This document shows, piece after piece, positions 29,020 through 37,565 of a stretch of 64,000 nucleotides of DNA. Source of the stretch: an uncultured Dehalococcoidia bacterium (GTDB taxonomy: Bacteria > Chloroflexota > Dehalococcoidia > Lucifugimonadales > Australimonadaceae). The DNA lies in the NCBI GenBank assembly GCA_937901475.1, contig CALGTL010000079.1:4600-68599 (forward strand). Reading direction: 5' to 3'. The notes beneath the pieces were generated by a model. The model ran no database searches and had not been told where the DNA came from. It saw nothing but the letters and a program-made list of their open reading frames with translations. The stretch's first letter is position 1; the number at the start of each line of letters is the position of its first letter. Both the position numbers and the translations under genes were made by a program.

Positions 29020-29997
29020 ATGGCTAAAGTTGTTTTAGGTTTCGGTAGCTCTCACGCACCCCAGCTGCGATTAGGGTATGAACATTGGCCCGAGATGATT
29101 CAGAAAGACCTCAACGATTCACGTTTCGATTACGAAGAAGTGCTCAAGCGTGCCAAGCCCGACATGCAAAGCGAGCTTACACCAGAGGTGATGAAGCTCC
29201 GCGATGAGTCCAATCATCACTCGATGAGCGTGTTGCGCAAGAAGCTTGAAGCAGCGGCCCCGGATGTAATCGTAATCATCGGTGATGACCAGCATGAGCA
29301 ATTCTTCGAGGGAAACATGCCCATGTTCAGCGTATTCCACGGCGATTCACTGCCAATCCGCCAGCGCCCCCGCCAATTCGACCATAAGCCCGGAGCCTCC
29401 AGGGCCAACACGTCATGGAACCAGACAGCCGCGCATCCCCCTGAAGCCGACCATCCCACGGACACTGGCTTTGCAGATCACCTAATTCATTCCCTTGTAG
29501 AAGGAGGATTCGATATCGCTGTTTCTAACCAGTACCGTGAAGGTACTGGCGTGGGCCACGCTTTTAGCTTCCTTTACCAATTCATCATGCCCGAGCTCAA
29601 CATAGCCGTGGTCCCCGTTACGATGAACGCGTTCTACCCGCCTAACCAGCCGACACCCCGCCGTGCTTTCCAGATGGGCGAAGCCATCCGCGAAGCCATC
29701 AACTCGTGGGATGCTTCCAAAAGTGTTGCGGTCATGGCCTCTGGAGGCCTCTCTCACTTCATAATCGACGAAGACCTAGACCACATGGCGTTAGATGCGA
29801 TGGCACGTCGAGATGAAGAAGCCATCGCATCGCTGCCGCGTGACCGCATGATGCAACTGGGCACAACGGAAACGCTCAATTGGATCGCGCTCTCAGGGGC
29901 GATGACGGAAGAGAAGATGACACTCGTTGATTATGTACCTTGCTACCGGACCCCGGCTGGCACTGGGTGCGCTATGGCTTTTGCCTACTGGGAATAA
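29020..29997 (+). CDS. Class III (LigB-type) extradiol ring-cleavage dioxygenase, paralogue 1
   Basis: 325 aa. Blocks GFGSSHAP, IIGDDQHEQF and MASGGLSHFI. GGAGG lies upstream of the ATG. It is alignable with 48439-49401. Confidence 0.75.
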   Translation: MAKVVLGFGSSHAPQLRLGYEHWPEMIQKDLNDSRFDYEEVLKRAKPDMQSELTPEVMKLRDESNHHSMSVLRKKLEAAAPDVIVIIGDDQHEQFFEGNMPMFSVFHGDSLPIRQRPRQFDHKPGASRANTSWNQTAAHPPEADHPTDTGFADHLIHSLVEGGFDIAVSNQYREGTGVGHAFSFLYQFIMPELNIAVVPVTMNAFYPPNQPTPRRAFQMGEAIREAINSWDASKSVAVMASGGLSHFIIDEDLDHMALDAMARRDEEAIASLPRDRMMQLGTTETLNWIALSGAMTEEKMTLVDYVPCYRTPAGTGCAMAFAYWE

Positions 29998-30069
29998 GGC
30001 CCATACGAGCGACTACAGAGCTAGAGCATTAGCCTGAACTTTGCTCCGTAACTAGGCTTTCCTTGTGCG

Positions 30070-31041
30070 CTACCCTAGCGTCGGATCCATCACGACTTTC
30101 CCGATGATTGACCGTTGAGATGCGATACGGTGAGCTTTAGCGGTCTCGCTGAGAGGCAACAAAGTATGAATGGTTACCTGGTATACGCCTGATGCTGCAA
30201 GCGCCAACGCTTGATCGCCGTCAGCTGGTTTGCGGAAATAGAGACCACTCTTGATTGTCAGGTTATCGCGATAAAGCTTGCGTACGTCGAGCTCCACTTT
30301 ACCGCCGCCATGCGCCCCTACTGTAACTAGCGTCCCCCCGACGCCTAAGCTGTTGAACGCACCCGACCAGAGGCCAGGGTCTGCGATGTTTTCTAAAACC
30401 GCATTCACACCCTCATCGCTAGTGATGTTCATTACCTCTGCGGCCAAATCAGACGAACGATAGTTCACCCAAACGTCGGCGCCCAACGCGACACCGACCT
30501 GGGCCCTTTCATCGGTGCCTGCTGCGGCGATCACGCGAGCACCACTGTGCTTAGCGACCTGGATAGCAGCTGCACCGAGCGACCCCGCCGCGCCCATCAC
30601 GAGCACCCATTGATTCTCTTGCACACCTGCGGCTCGACATAGACTGTAAGCCATAGGGAAGTGACGGCTTACGGCAACGGCTTCCGCGTACCCAAGCCCG
30701 TCTGGTATGTGATATGTAGATGAGGCATCGGCGACAACGTACTCAGCGTAACCCCGGCCCGCAGGTGGACGAAGTATCGACGTGACGCGCTCGCCCTTTT
30801 TGAAATCCTTCACGCCTTCACCCACACTCTCAATCTCCCCCGCAGAGTCGATACCAAGGATTGTGGGTAGAGGGATATGGTAACCGGCGCCATCCTGACG
30901 AATTCCCAAATCTAAAGTCTGATTCACCGATACCGCATGAACCTTAACCTGCACCTGCCCGGGCCCCGGTTCTGGTTGATCAACGTCTTCGTAGGACAGA
31001 ACATCGGGACCTCCATGTTCATGGAGGACGATTGCTTTCAT
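30070..31041 (-). CDS. Zinc-type/quinone oxidoreductase (MDR superfamily)
   Basis: Start moved to ATG 31041 (MKAIVLHEHGGPDVLSYEDVDQPEPGPGQVQVKVHAVSVN), preceded by AGAGG. Nucleotide motif VLVMGAAGSLGAAAIQ. Confidence 0.85.
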   Translation of the reverse strand: MKAIVLHEHGGPDVLSYEDVDQPEPGPGQVQVKVHAVSVNQTLDLGIRQDGAGYHIPLPTILGIDSAGEIESVGEGVKDFKKGERVTSILRPPAGRGYAEYVVADASSTYHIPDGLGYAEAVAVSRHFPMAYSLCRAAGVQENQWVLVMGAAGSLGAAAIQVAKHSGARVIAAAGTDERAQVGVALGADVWVNYRSSDLAAEVMNITSDEGVNAVLENIADPGLWSGAFNSLGVGGTLVTVGAHGGGKVELDVRKLYRDNLTIKSGLYFRKPADGDQALALAASGVYQVTIHTLLPLSETAKAHRIASQRSIIGKVVMDPTLG

Positions 31042-31329
31042 TACGGTGCCTCTTGAGTTGGATTCAGGGCGCAGCATATCAGGGTAAAGGCCTTCTGGCC
31101 CCGGTGACGAGGATGACCTCATCCACATGCCCACATGCCCACGCACAGCAAGTACTACGCAGGTATCGCCCTGGATCTGTAATTACTTGGCACCCGTGGC
31201 CTGACCAGGAAATCCCAATGGAGCTAAGAGGCCAGTAGGACCAATGTTAATTTAACAATTGAGCATAGATTTTCGAGTTCAAACCGGATACTGTGCGTTC
31301 AATTCCGCAGCGTAGTGGAGAGTTTTACC

Positions 31330-32460
31330 ATGAAATTCGGATTGTTTTACGAATGGCCTAATCCTGAACTGCGCGACTGGAAGTCTCTTTTCGAAGAAGG
31401 CCTTGAACAGATTCAATATTCGGAAGAGATGGGTTTTGAGTTCTGCTTGATTGCAGAGCACCACTTCTCCAACTACGGAATGTCTCCCGCCCCACTTATG
31501 CAGGCGCTTTACATCGCTGAGCGGACCAAGAAGTTGAAGATAGCGACTGCAGTGATCGTATTGCCTATTTGGGATCCACTGCGCCTCGCTGAAGAGGTAG
31601 CGGTGCTGGACAACCTCACGGATGGACGCTTCATTGTGGGCGTTGGCCGAGGCTACCAACCCCACGAACTCGCGCGATTCAACGTGACAGTTGAAGGTTC
31701 GCGCCAGAGATTCAACGAAACATTGGATATCTTGTACAGGGCCTGGACGGAGCATGACTCATTCACGTATGAGGGCAAAGAAATTAGCGTGCCCCATGAA
31801 ACTGTAGTGTGGCCCAAGCCGCTACAGGCTCCGCATCCGCCCATGTGGATTGCAGGGACCAGCGTAGAGACTATGGAGCTGGCAGCGGCATGGGACATGA
31901 TGCCAGTGACGACCGGCCTTCTTGGCGAAGGCGGGGTGAAATCCCACCTCGCTTCGTTCGTCAAAGCCAAATATGCGCTTGGCAAACCCTACGCGGGTCT
32001 TGAGCTGGGCATCCAGTCGATGACAGCCTTGACGGAAACGGACGAAGAAGCCAAGAAATTGTTGGGCTACCCTCGCTGGCAGATGCGGGCTGGCCGAGCA
32101 CTTGGCACTGGTCGCGTCACCAACGGACAAGTCTCCGCCGACCCCTATGAAGGAGAATTGGACGACGATGCCATGATGGATCGTATCTTCTTTGGCAATC
32201 CCGACACAGTACGTGCGAAGTTCGCCAAAGCGGCCAGCCTTGGCGCAACTCACGTGAGCAACTGGATGATGGTCGGGGGTATGCCCCATGACAAAGTCAT
32301 GGCTTCGATAAAGCGCATGGGCGAAGAGGTCATTCCCGCGCTCAAAGACGTCATGCCTCCACCAGAACTTTACGAAGAGTTGGTGGCCACCGCTGAGGTT
32401 ACGACCGATCAATTGCGCGACATGCGCAACAGTGGCCCCGCACCATCTGACGTTACATAG
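31330..32460 (+). CDS. Luciferase-like (LLM class) flavin-dependent oxidoreductase, paralogue 1
   Basis: Start at ATG 31330 (MKFGLFYEW...). Blocks AEHHFSNYGMSP, VLDNLTDGRFIVGVGRGY and a later FFGNPDTV. Confidence 0.85.
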   Translation: MKFGLFYEWPNPELRDWKSLFEEGLEQIQYSEEMGFEFCLIAEHHFSNYGMSPAPLMQALYIAERTKKLKIATAVIVLPIWDPLRLAEEVAVLDNLTDGRFIVGVGRGYQPHELARFNVTVEGSRQRFNETLDILYRAWTEHDSFTYEGKEISVPHETVVWPKPLQAPHPPMWIAGTSVETMELAAAWDMMPVTTGLLGEGGVKSHLASFVKAKYALGKPYAGLELGIQSMTALTETDEEAKKLLGYPRWQMRAGRALGTGRVTNGQVSADPYEGELDDDAMMDRIFFGNPDTVRAKFAKAASLGATHVSNWMMVGGMPHDKVMASIKRMGEEVIPALKDVMPPPELYEELVATAEVTTDQLRDMRNSGPAPSDVT

Positions 32461-32838
32461 GCACTGCTTGTAGATGAATAAGCTCGGCTATTTCGACTTC
32501 GAGCGTTACGGGACGAACTCCTTTATATCAACCCCGCGATGCCTTGATCAACGGTGGTCAATCACCGTCATTCCTCCGTTGCCAGAATTGCATAAGGTCC
32601 TCTGATTTGAGAACTGGATCGAGCCAAAAATGAAAGGACTGCACGCTTGTTGCTCCTTAGGACGCTCCACGGTATCTGCTACCAACTCCTCGAGTAATGC
32701 ACGCCGCACGTAATACACCCTCAATGCAGCTACTGATGTGCTTATAGTGTCTTTTTGGTACCGCTGGCTACTGGCATGGGTGATAGCATCACGGCGAGTC
32801 AGGTTGGCTGCGGAGAATCTTTTACGCGAAGTGGATAT

Positions 32839-33582
32839 ATGAAACTGGAAGGACGAGTGGCTCTGATTACTGGATCAGGCCGCAATATCGGACGAGCGAC
32901 CGCACTGAAATTCGCTTCTGAAGGTGCACATGTCGTGGTGAATGCCCGTAGTAACGAAGCAGAAGCGAACGCTGTTGCAAGCGAAGCCCGTGCTCTTGGC
33001 GTACAGGCACTGGCGGTTCTCGCTGACGTGGCTAATCAAGAGCAGGTGAAATCGATGGTGGCTGCGGCAATGGCTGAGTTTGGGCGCATCGACATCCTCG
33101 TTAGCAATGCTGCGGTCCGCCCGGCCAAGGCGTTTGTGGATTTAACACAGGAGGACTGGGAATTCGCCCGAGGAGTGGTGCTAGATGGTGCCTTCTACTG
33201 TACCCATGCAGTCGTGCCATCGATGGTCGAGCATGGGTTCGGTCGCATCATATATATGACGGGCGGAGGTGCATTTAGCGGAGTCCCCGACCGCGCGCAC
33301 GTATCCGCCGCGAAAATGGGATTGGTCGGCATGGCTCGCGGACTGGCAACAGAGCTAGGGCCGAGCGGTATTCGGGTCAACGTCATCTCACCGGGCTTAA
33401 TCGATACCACCCGATTGAGTGGGACGGTTGTGCCTGGTGGAAACGACGCATTGAACAATCCGCTTCAACGGAAGGGAACCTCAGAGGAAATTGCTAGGGC
33501 TTGCTTGTTCCTTGCCTCAGATGATTCTTCATACGTTACTGGCCAAACGCTTCATGTCAACGGCGGAGGTAGCTACTACTAA
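32839..33582 (+). CDS. SDR-fold oxidoreductase with non-canonical catalytic positions
   Basis: Start at ATG 32839 (MKLEGRVALITGSGRNIGRA). It has the TGxxxxIG, SNAA and IRVNVISPG motifs. A gap-free alignment to E. coli FabG puts Gly and Val at the Ser138 and Tyr151 positions; the Lys is retained. Confidence 0.85.
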   Translation: MKLEGRVALITGSGRNIGRATALKFASEGAHVVVNARSNEAEANAVASEARALGVQALAVLADVANQEQVKSMVAAAMAEFGRIDILVSNAAVRPAKAFVDLTQEDWEFARGVVLDGAFYCTHAVVPSMVEHGFGRIIYMTGGGAFSGVPDRAHVSAAKMGLVGMARGLATELGPSGIRVNVISPGLIDTTRLSGTVVPGGNDALNNPLQRKGTSEEIARACLFLASDDSSYVTGQTLHVNGGGSYY

Positions 33583-34879
33583 CGTGAATGTGTACCAGCG
33601 ATTTCCTTTCTTCTATGGCTGGATTATTGTCATAGCGGGCATGATTGGTTCCGCATTCATGGTGGGCACGAGCGTGTTCAGCATTGGCTTGTACGCTGAG
33701 GAGATGCAGGCAGAGTTGGGATGGACGCGGGCTGAATTGTTCGGAGCTCTCTCTCTCCGACTGACTGCCGGAGCGCTGCTTTCACCATTCTTGGGAGCTA
33801 TCTCTGACCGGAGAGGCGGCGCTCGCATCATCATGGTTGCTGCTGCCGTATTGATGGGATTCTCGCTGGCACCGCTACGCTGGACTGACTCACTGTTGGT
33901 CTTTTACTTGGTCTATGGAGGCTTGGGCGCGATTGCTAGCGCAGTACTAGGCTCCATCATGCTAGGAGTAGTTCCGAAGTGGTTTACCCGCCAACGTCGT
34001 AAAGCTATCGCGATAGCAGCATCTGGCGGTGCGCTTGGGCCCCTGGTCTTCCCTTTGTTGAATGCTGAACTGATTTCGGCGTTTGGCTGGCGTGATGCAT
34101 GGTTCGTAGTCGGCGCGCTCGCAATCGTGCTGCTCGTCCCACTGAGTTTTAGTGTCCACCGCACCCCTGAAGATGTAGGGTTACTGCCTGACGGTGATGC
34201 GCTTGATGCTCAAGCAGGCCCGCGATCCCGCTTTGGTGCTGAGTACAGCTACACGCTTCGTGAAGCACTGCGCACTCGGTCATTTTGGCTACTGACCATG
34301 GCGTTCTCATTCGCACTCATGTCTATGAATAGCTGGCAACCCAGCTGGGTGCCATACCTCATCGATGCAGGCTTCTCACTCCGCGTGGCGTCTACATCCG
34401 TTCTGGCATTCGGTATCTTTAGCTTCTCGGGTCGCTTCATTTGGGGACCGGCCGCGCACCGTTTCCCACTGAACCGTTTGATCATCGCCCAACTTGGGAC
34501 CACGGCAATTTCGCTTTTGCTGTTACTCAATATTGCCAATGTCCCACTTCTGTATGTCTGGTCAATGATTTATGGCGCAGCGACAGGCGGCTTTTGGCTG
34601 CTGCAGCCGCTGACTCTTGCCAATTACTTCGGGGCTAGGAACCTTGGTGCTATTCGCGGCTTCAATCAACCGTTCATGGCCATGGCTAGTGGCATAGCCC
34701 CAATCTCCGCCGCATTGATCTTCGATTCAACTGAAAGCTACGTGGGTGTAATGGCATTCGCAGCGAGCACCGCAGCCATCGGAGGTACTTTGGGATTTCT
34801 CAGTCGCCCTCCTAAGCCTCACATGCTCAAGGCATCGTTGTTTGAGGACGGGGTACCTAGAAGCAATAACCTCCCTTAA
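33554..34879 (+). CDS. MFS transporter (OFA-like; paralogue of 4976-6343)
   Basis: 12 TM segments. Shares RFPFFYGWIIV and PEDVGLLPDGD with 4976-6343. The start is uncertain: ATG 33554 (29-nt overlap with the SDR gene) or GTG 33584/33590 just after the SDR stop. Confidence 0.8.
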   Translation: MSTAEVATTNVNVYQRFPFFYGWIIVIAGMIGSAFMVGTSVFSIGLYAEEMQAELGWTRAELFGALSLRLTAGALLSPFLGAISDRRGGARIIMVAAAVLMGFSLAPLRWTDSLLVFYLVYGGLGAIASAVLGSIMLGVVPKWFTRQRRKAIAIAASGGALGPLVFPLLNAELISAFGWRDAWFVVGALAIVLLVPLSFSVHRTPEDVGLLPDGDALDAQAGPRSRFGAEYSYTLREALRTRSFWLLTMAFSFALMSMNSWQPSWVPYLIDAGFSLRVASTSVLAFGIFSFSGRFIWGPAAHRFPLNRLIIAQLGTTAISLLLLLNIANVPLLYVWSMIYGAATGGFWLLQPLTLANYFGARNLGAIRGFNQPFMAMASGIAPISAALIFDSTESYVGVMAFAASTAAIGGTLGFLSRPPKPHMLKASLFEDGVPRSNNLP

Positions 34880-35013
34880 CACTGGTTGTAATGGCGTATG
34901 CCCTGAGGGGAAATTAGCTCGCGAAAAGACACTGGTTGCCCATTCGTTTTGTGATTGCGTGTCGAACTTGGCTGGAGTAGGCTCGCCTCAACACCGCAAG
35001 AGGAGGTTGCACA

Positions 35014-36165
35014 GTGGTTATGAAGGGCACGGACATGAAGGTGGCGGACACTCCATCTGAGGGGCTGGTCGACTTCCATATCGCGGACGCTTACGAGAAC
35101 TGGCTAGAGAAGGAGAATGTACTCGTTCATACGACGTTTTACGTCCCGAATATGCGAGATATTGAGGTCGGACCATGGGAGCGCAAAGGCGGTAAAGGTG
35201 CGGTCATTCATATCGACAACGATCACCTGCGAAACGACTTACATGTTGTGGACATTGATCCTGGTGGCAAATCCGAACCGGAGCATCACATGTACGAAAT
35301 CAGCTTCTACATCGTCTCGGGGCGCGGTGCGACGACTGTTTGGACAGATGAGAGCAATAAGCTAACGTTCGAATGGGGCGAGGGCGCACTGTTTACCGTT
35401 CCACTCAATGCTTGGTATCAACATTTTAATGGGACCGGAAACGAGAAAGCCCGGTACATCGCGACTACAAATGCACCACCGATGATGCGTTTGTTCCGTG
35501 ATGAGAATTTCATGTTCAACTGCCCCACGATGTTCGAGTCTCGATACGCTGGTGAAGAGAATTACTTCTCGGGAGGTACGCTCTACAACAAGCGCATTTG
35601 GGACACCAACTTCATCCCGAATGCGCCTGATATGGCCCTCTATGGCTGGAAAGAGCGTGGAGCAGGTGGCATCAATGTGAGCCTCCGTATGGGAAAAAAC
35701 GACATGGGCAACCACATCTCGGAATTCCCTGTTGGCACTTACAAAAAAGCCCACCGCCACGGTCCTGGTGCCCACTTGGTGTTGTTGAGCGGTGACGCGG
35801 GGTTCTCTCTGTTATGGACGAAGGAAGATCGCTCCGACATGGTTAAGTGTGATTGGCAGGAAGGCTCGATTGTTATCGTCCCTGCTGACGCAATGTTCCA
35901 CCAGCACTTCAACTCAGGCTCAACACGCGCCCGTTACATGGCACTACGTGACGGCCCTGGGGGTTTCATGTCACCGAACTATAACAAGGGTGGGGATATC
36001 AGCATCAAGGATGGCGGGATCCAAGTGGAGTATGAGGACGAAGATCGTGAGATCCATGCAATCTTCGAGGCCGAACTTGCCAAGAGAGGAGTCCAGTGCA
36101 ACATGAAAGCATTCATCCCGTACTGTACTGGTACCGCAGGCGTGACTGAGGCGCGCTTTACCTAA
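35014..36165 (+). CDS. Bicupin protein, paralogue 4
   Basis: 383 aa. GTG 35014 lies 7 nt after AGGAGG; the alternative start is ATG 35020. Blocks EHHMYEISFYIVSGRG, FEWGEGALFTVP, GTYKKAHRHGPGAHL and AMFHQHFNSGSTRARYMAL. Confidence 0.75.
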   Translation: MVMKGTDMKVADTPSEGLVDFHIADAYENWLEKENVLVHTTFYVPNMRDIEVGPWERKGGKGAVIHIDNDHLRNDLHVVDIDPGGKSEPEHHMYEISFYIVSGRGATTVWTDESNKLTFEWGEGALFTVPLNAWYQHFNGTGNEKARYIATTNAPPMMRLFRDENFMFNCPTMFESRYAGEENYFSGGTLYNKRIWDTNFIPNAPDMALYGWKERGAGGINVSLRMGKNDMGNHISEFPVGTYKKAHRHGPGAHLVLLSGDAGFSLLWTKEDRSDMVKCDWQEGSIVIVPADAMFHQHFNSGSTRARYMALRDGPGGFMSPNYNKGGDISIKDGGIQVEYEDEDREIHAIFEAELAKRGVQCNMKAFIPYCTGTAGVTEARFT

Positions 36166-36216
36166 TAGGCTTGGGTGGCTCATGGACAGATTACATCACT
36201 AACCCATCGCTTCTGT

Positions 36217-37059
36217 TTATCGCCGCGAGTTCGTGACGGGCTTAGGTAGCTCTATGCCGTCAATATAGGTAGCGTCAACTCTCTCGTTAAAGAAACAAAG
36301 CATACCCCCGACCTTCGACGCCTCTAGAGTGGGGTATCGATACATCCAAGCGGCGTCTATTAGAGTTTTTCCTCTTACTTCCACCGAGTGATAGTCGGCA
36401 GTGCCCTTGTAAGGGCAGCGGCTCTCTGTGGCACTGGGCCTCAGTAAATCAAGGCGAACGTCAGCCAGGGGCAGGTAGTAGCGCACCGGATGGCCCGGCT
36501 CCAACAGCATGACTGACCCGGTCGTCTCGGCTATGGCTTCACCACCAACAATCACGCGAATGGCCCTGTCTGTCTTCACCGCGTCGATCCGTTTGAATGG
36601 GTCACGTGCATGGACAAAAACCTGCTCCGCTTCCTCGAACCAAGCGTCCATTTTGGGCCAGTCGAATGCGACATACCCTTTGAGGAAACCGGCCATTTCG
36701 ACGGGGTTTTTGAAAGCCCAAACTGCGTTCTCAGCTGTCCGCCCATCGAGGGTGAGTGTCCAGTACGATGCGTCACCCCGGGTAGGTGAATTCTTCACCG
36801 TCGAGGTTGGGGCCAGTAAATCCATGCGGACATCATCCTCGGGGAAGTAGTAAACGGGTGGGCCTCCCTCGCGCAGCAAGTATGTGCTAGTGCTATCTGC
36901 CACTGGCACGCCGTTGAAGAAGACGCGAATGCGTTTCGGACTGTGCATCCATCGAGGATTTGGTGCTGCGATGAGTTTGTTATTCTCATCCACGTACTCG
37001 GCTTTCATAGTTACCGCATCCCTTTGGGTTCGATTGAAATCGCCCTTTGAATCAATCAC
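36217..37059 (-). CDS. Tandem DUF427 domain protein
   Basis: Two DUF427-like repeats. Repeat 2 carries the canonical VRYYLPLADVRLDLL...CPYKGTADY. Repeat 1 reads VYYFPEDDVRMDLL...SPTRGDASY. The start is uncertain: GTG 37059 or ATG 37008. Confidence 0.65.
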   Translation of the reverse strand: MIDSKGDFNRTQRDAVTMKAEYVDENNKLIAAPNPRWMHSPKRIRVFFNGVPVADSTSTYLLREGGPPVYYFPEDDVRMDLLAPTSTVKNSPTRGDASYWTLTLDGRTAENAVWAFKNPVEMAGFLKGYVAFDWPKMDAWFEEAEQVFVHARDPFKRIDAVKTDRAIRVIVGGEAIAETTGSVMLLEPGHPVRYYLPLADVRLDLLRPSATESRCPYKGTADYHSVEVRGKTLIDAAWMYRYPTLEASKVGGMLCFFNERVDATYIDGIELPKPVTNSRR

Positions 37060-37565
37060 CGTTGTTGCCTAATTCTGTCGCGTTATAGCTCCGGTCTATC
37101 AGAGTGTCAACACGATTCACCTTGGGTAGAAACGTTGCGAGGGGACGGTACTCAAGACAGCGGCGAGTGATGAAGCGCGTGGATGGGGAGCTTGGAGAAA
37201 GGAGTTGGAGCGCTCACTCCTAGGGTGAACAAGGGAGGGTAGTAGGCACAGCTTAGTAGACCGCGCGCCTACACTCCCATAAGCAATCAAGGCATGGAAA
37301 GCACAAACGTTGCTAAAGGTACTTGCTATCACATTAGAGATGCAGGCAGTGCTGCCGGAACCAGAAGGAAATCCCGATCCCTTGGGAGTGAAGGCAATCG
37401 CACAGAACGCTAGTATCTCGGTCGCATCAGCGGTAACACCATCGATGATGCATGTGGTTTGCTCCTGTTAGGACTGCCGCTAGCGGCCGAGCGCGTGTAT
37501 CGTGCGCTACGTGAGCGGGATGACTCGATGCGAGCCTCGCGGATTAGAAGCCTGGGAGGCACACA

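Noticed and set aside
34879-34938. 10-nt direct repeat acactggttg (34879-34888 and 34929-34938) between the MFS and bicupin-4 genes
   Set aside because: This is a single short repeat pair with no flanking structure or further copies. It is compatible with chance.
37340-37471. 43-codon ORF with an HTH-like stretch (VKAIAQNASISVASAV), plus a downstream AAERVYRALRER fragment
   Set aside because: Both are too short and too weakly similar to call a gene or pseudogene. They are mentioned only as a hypothesis in the findings.
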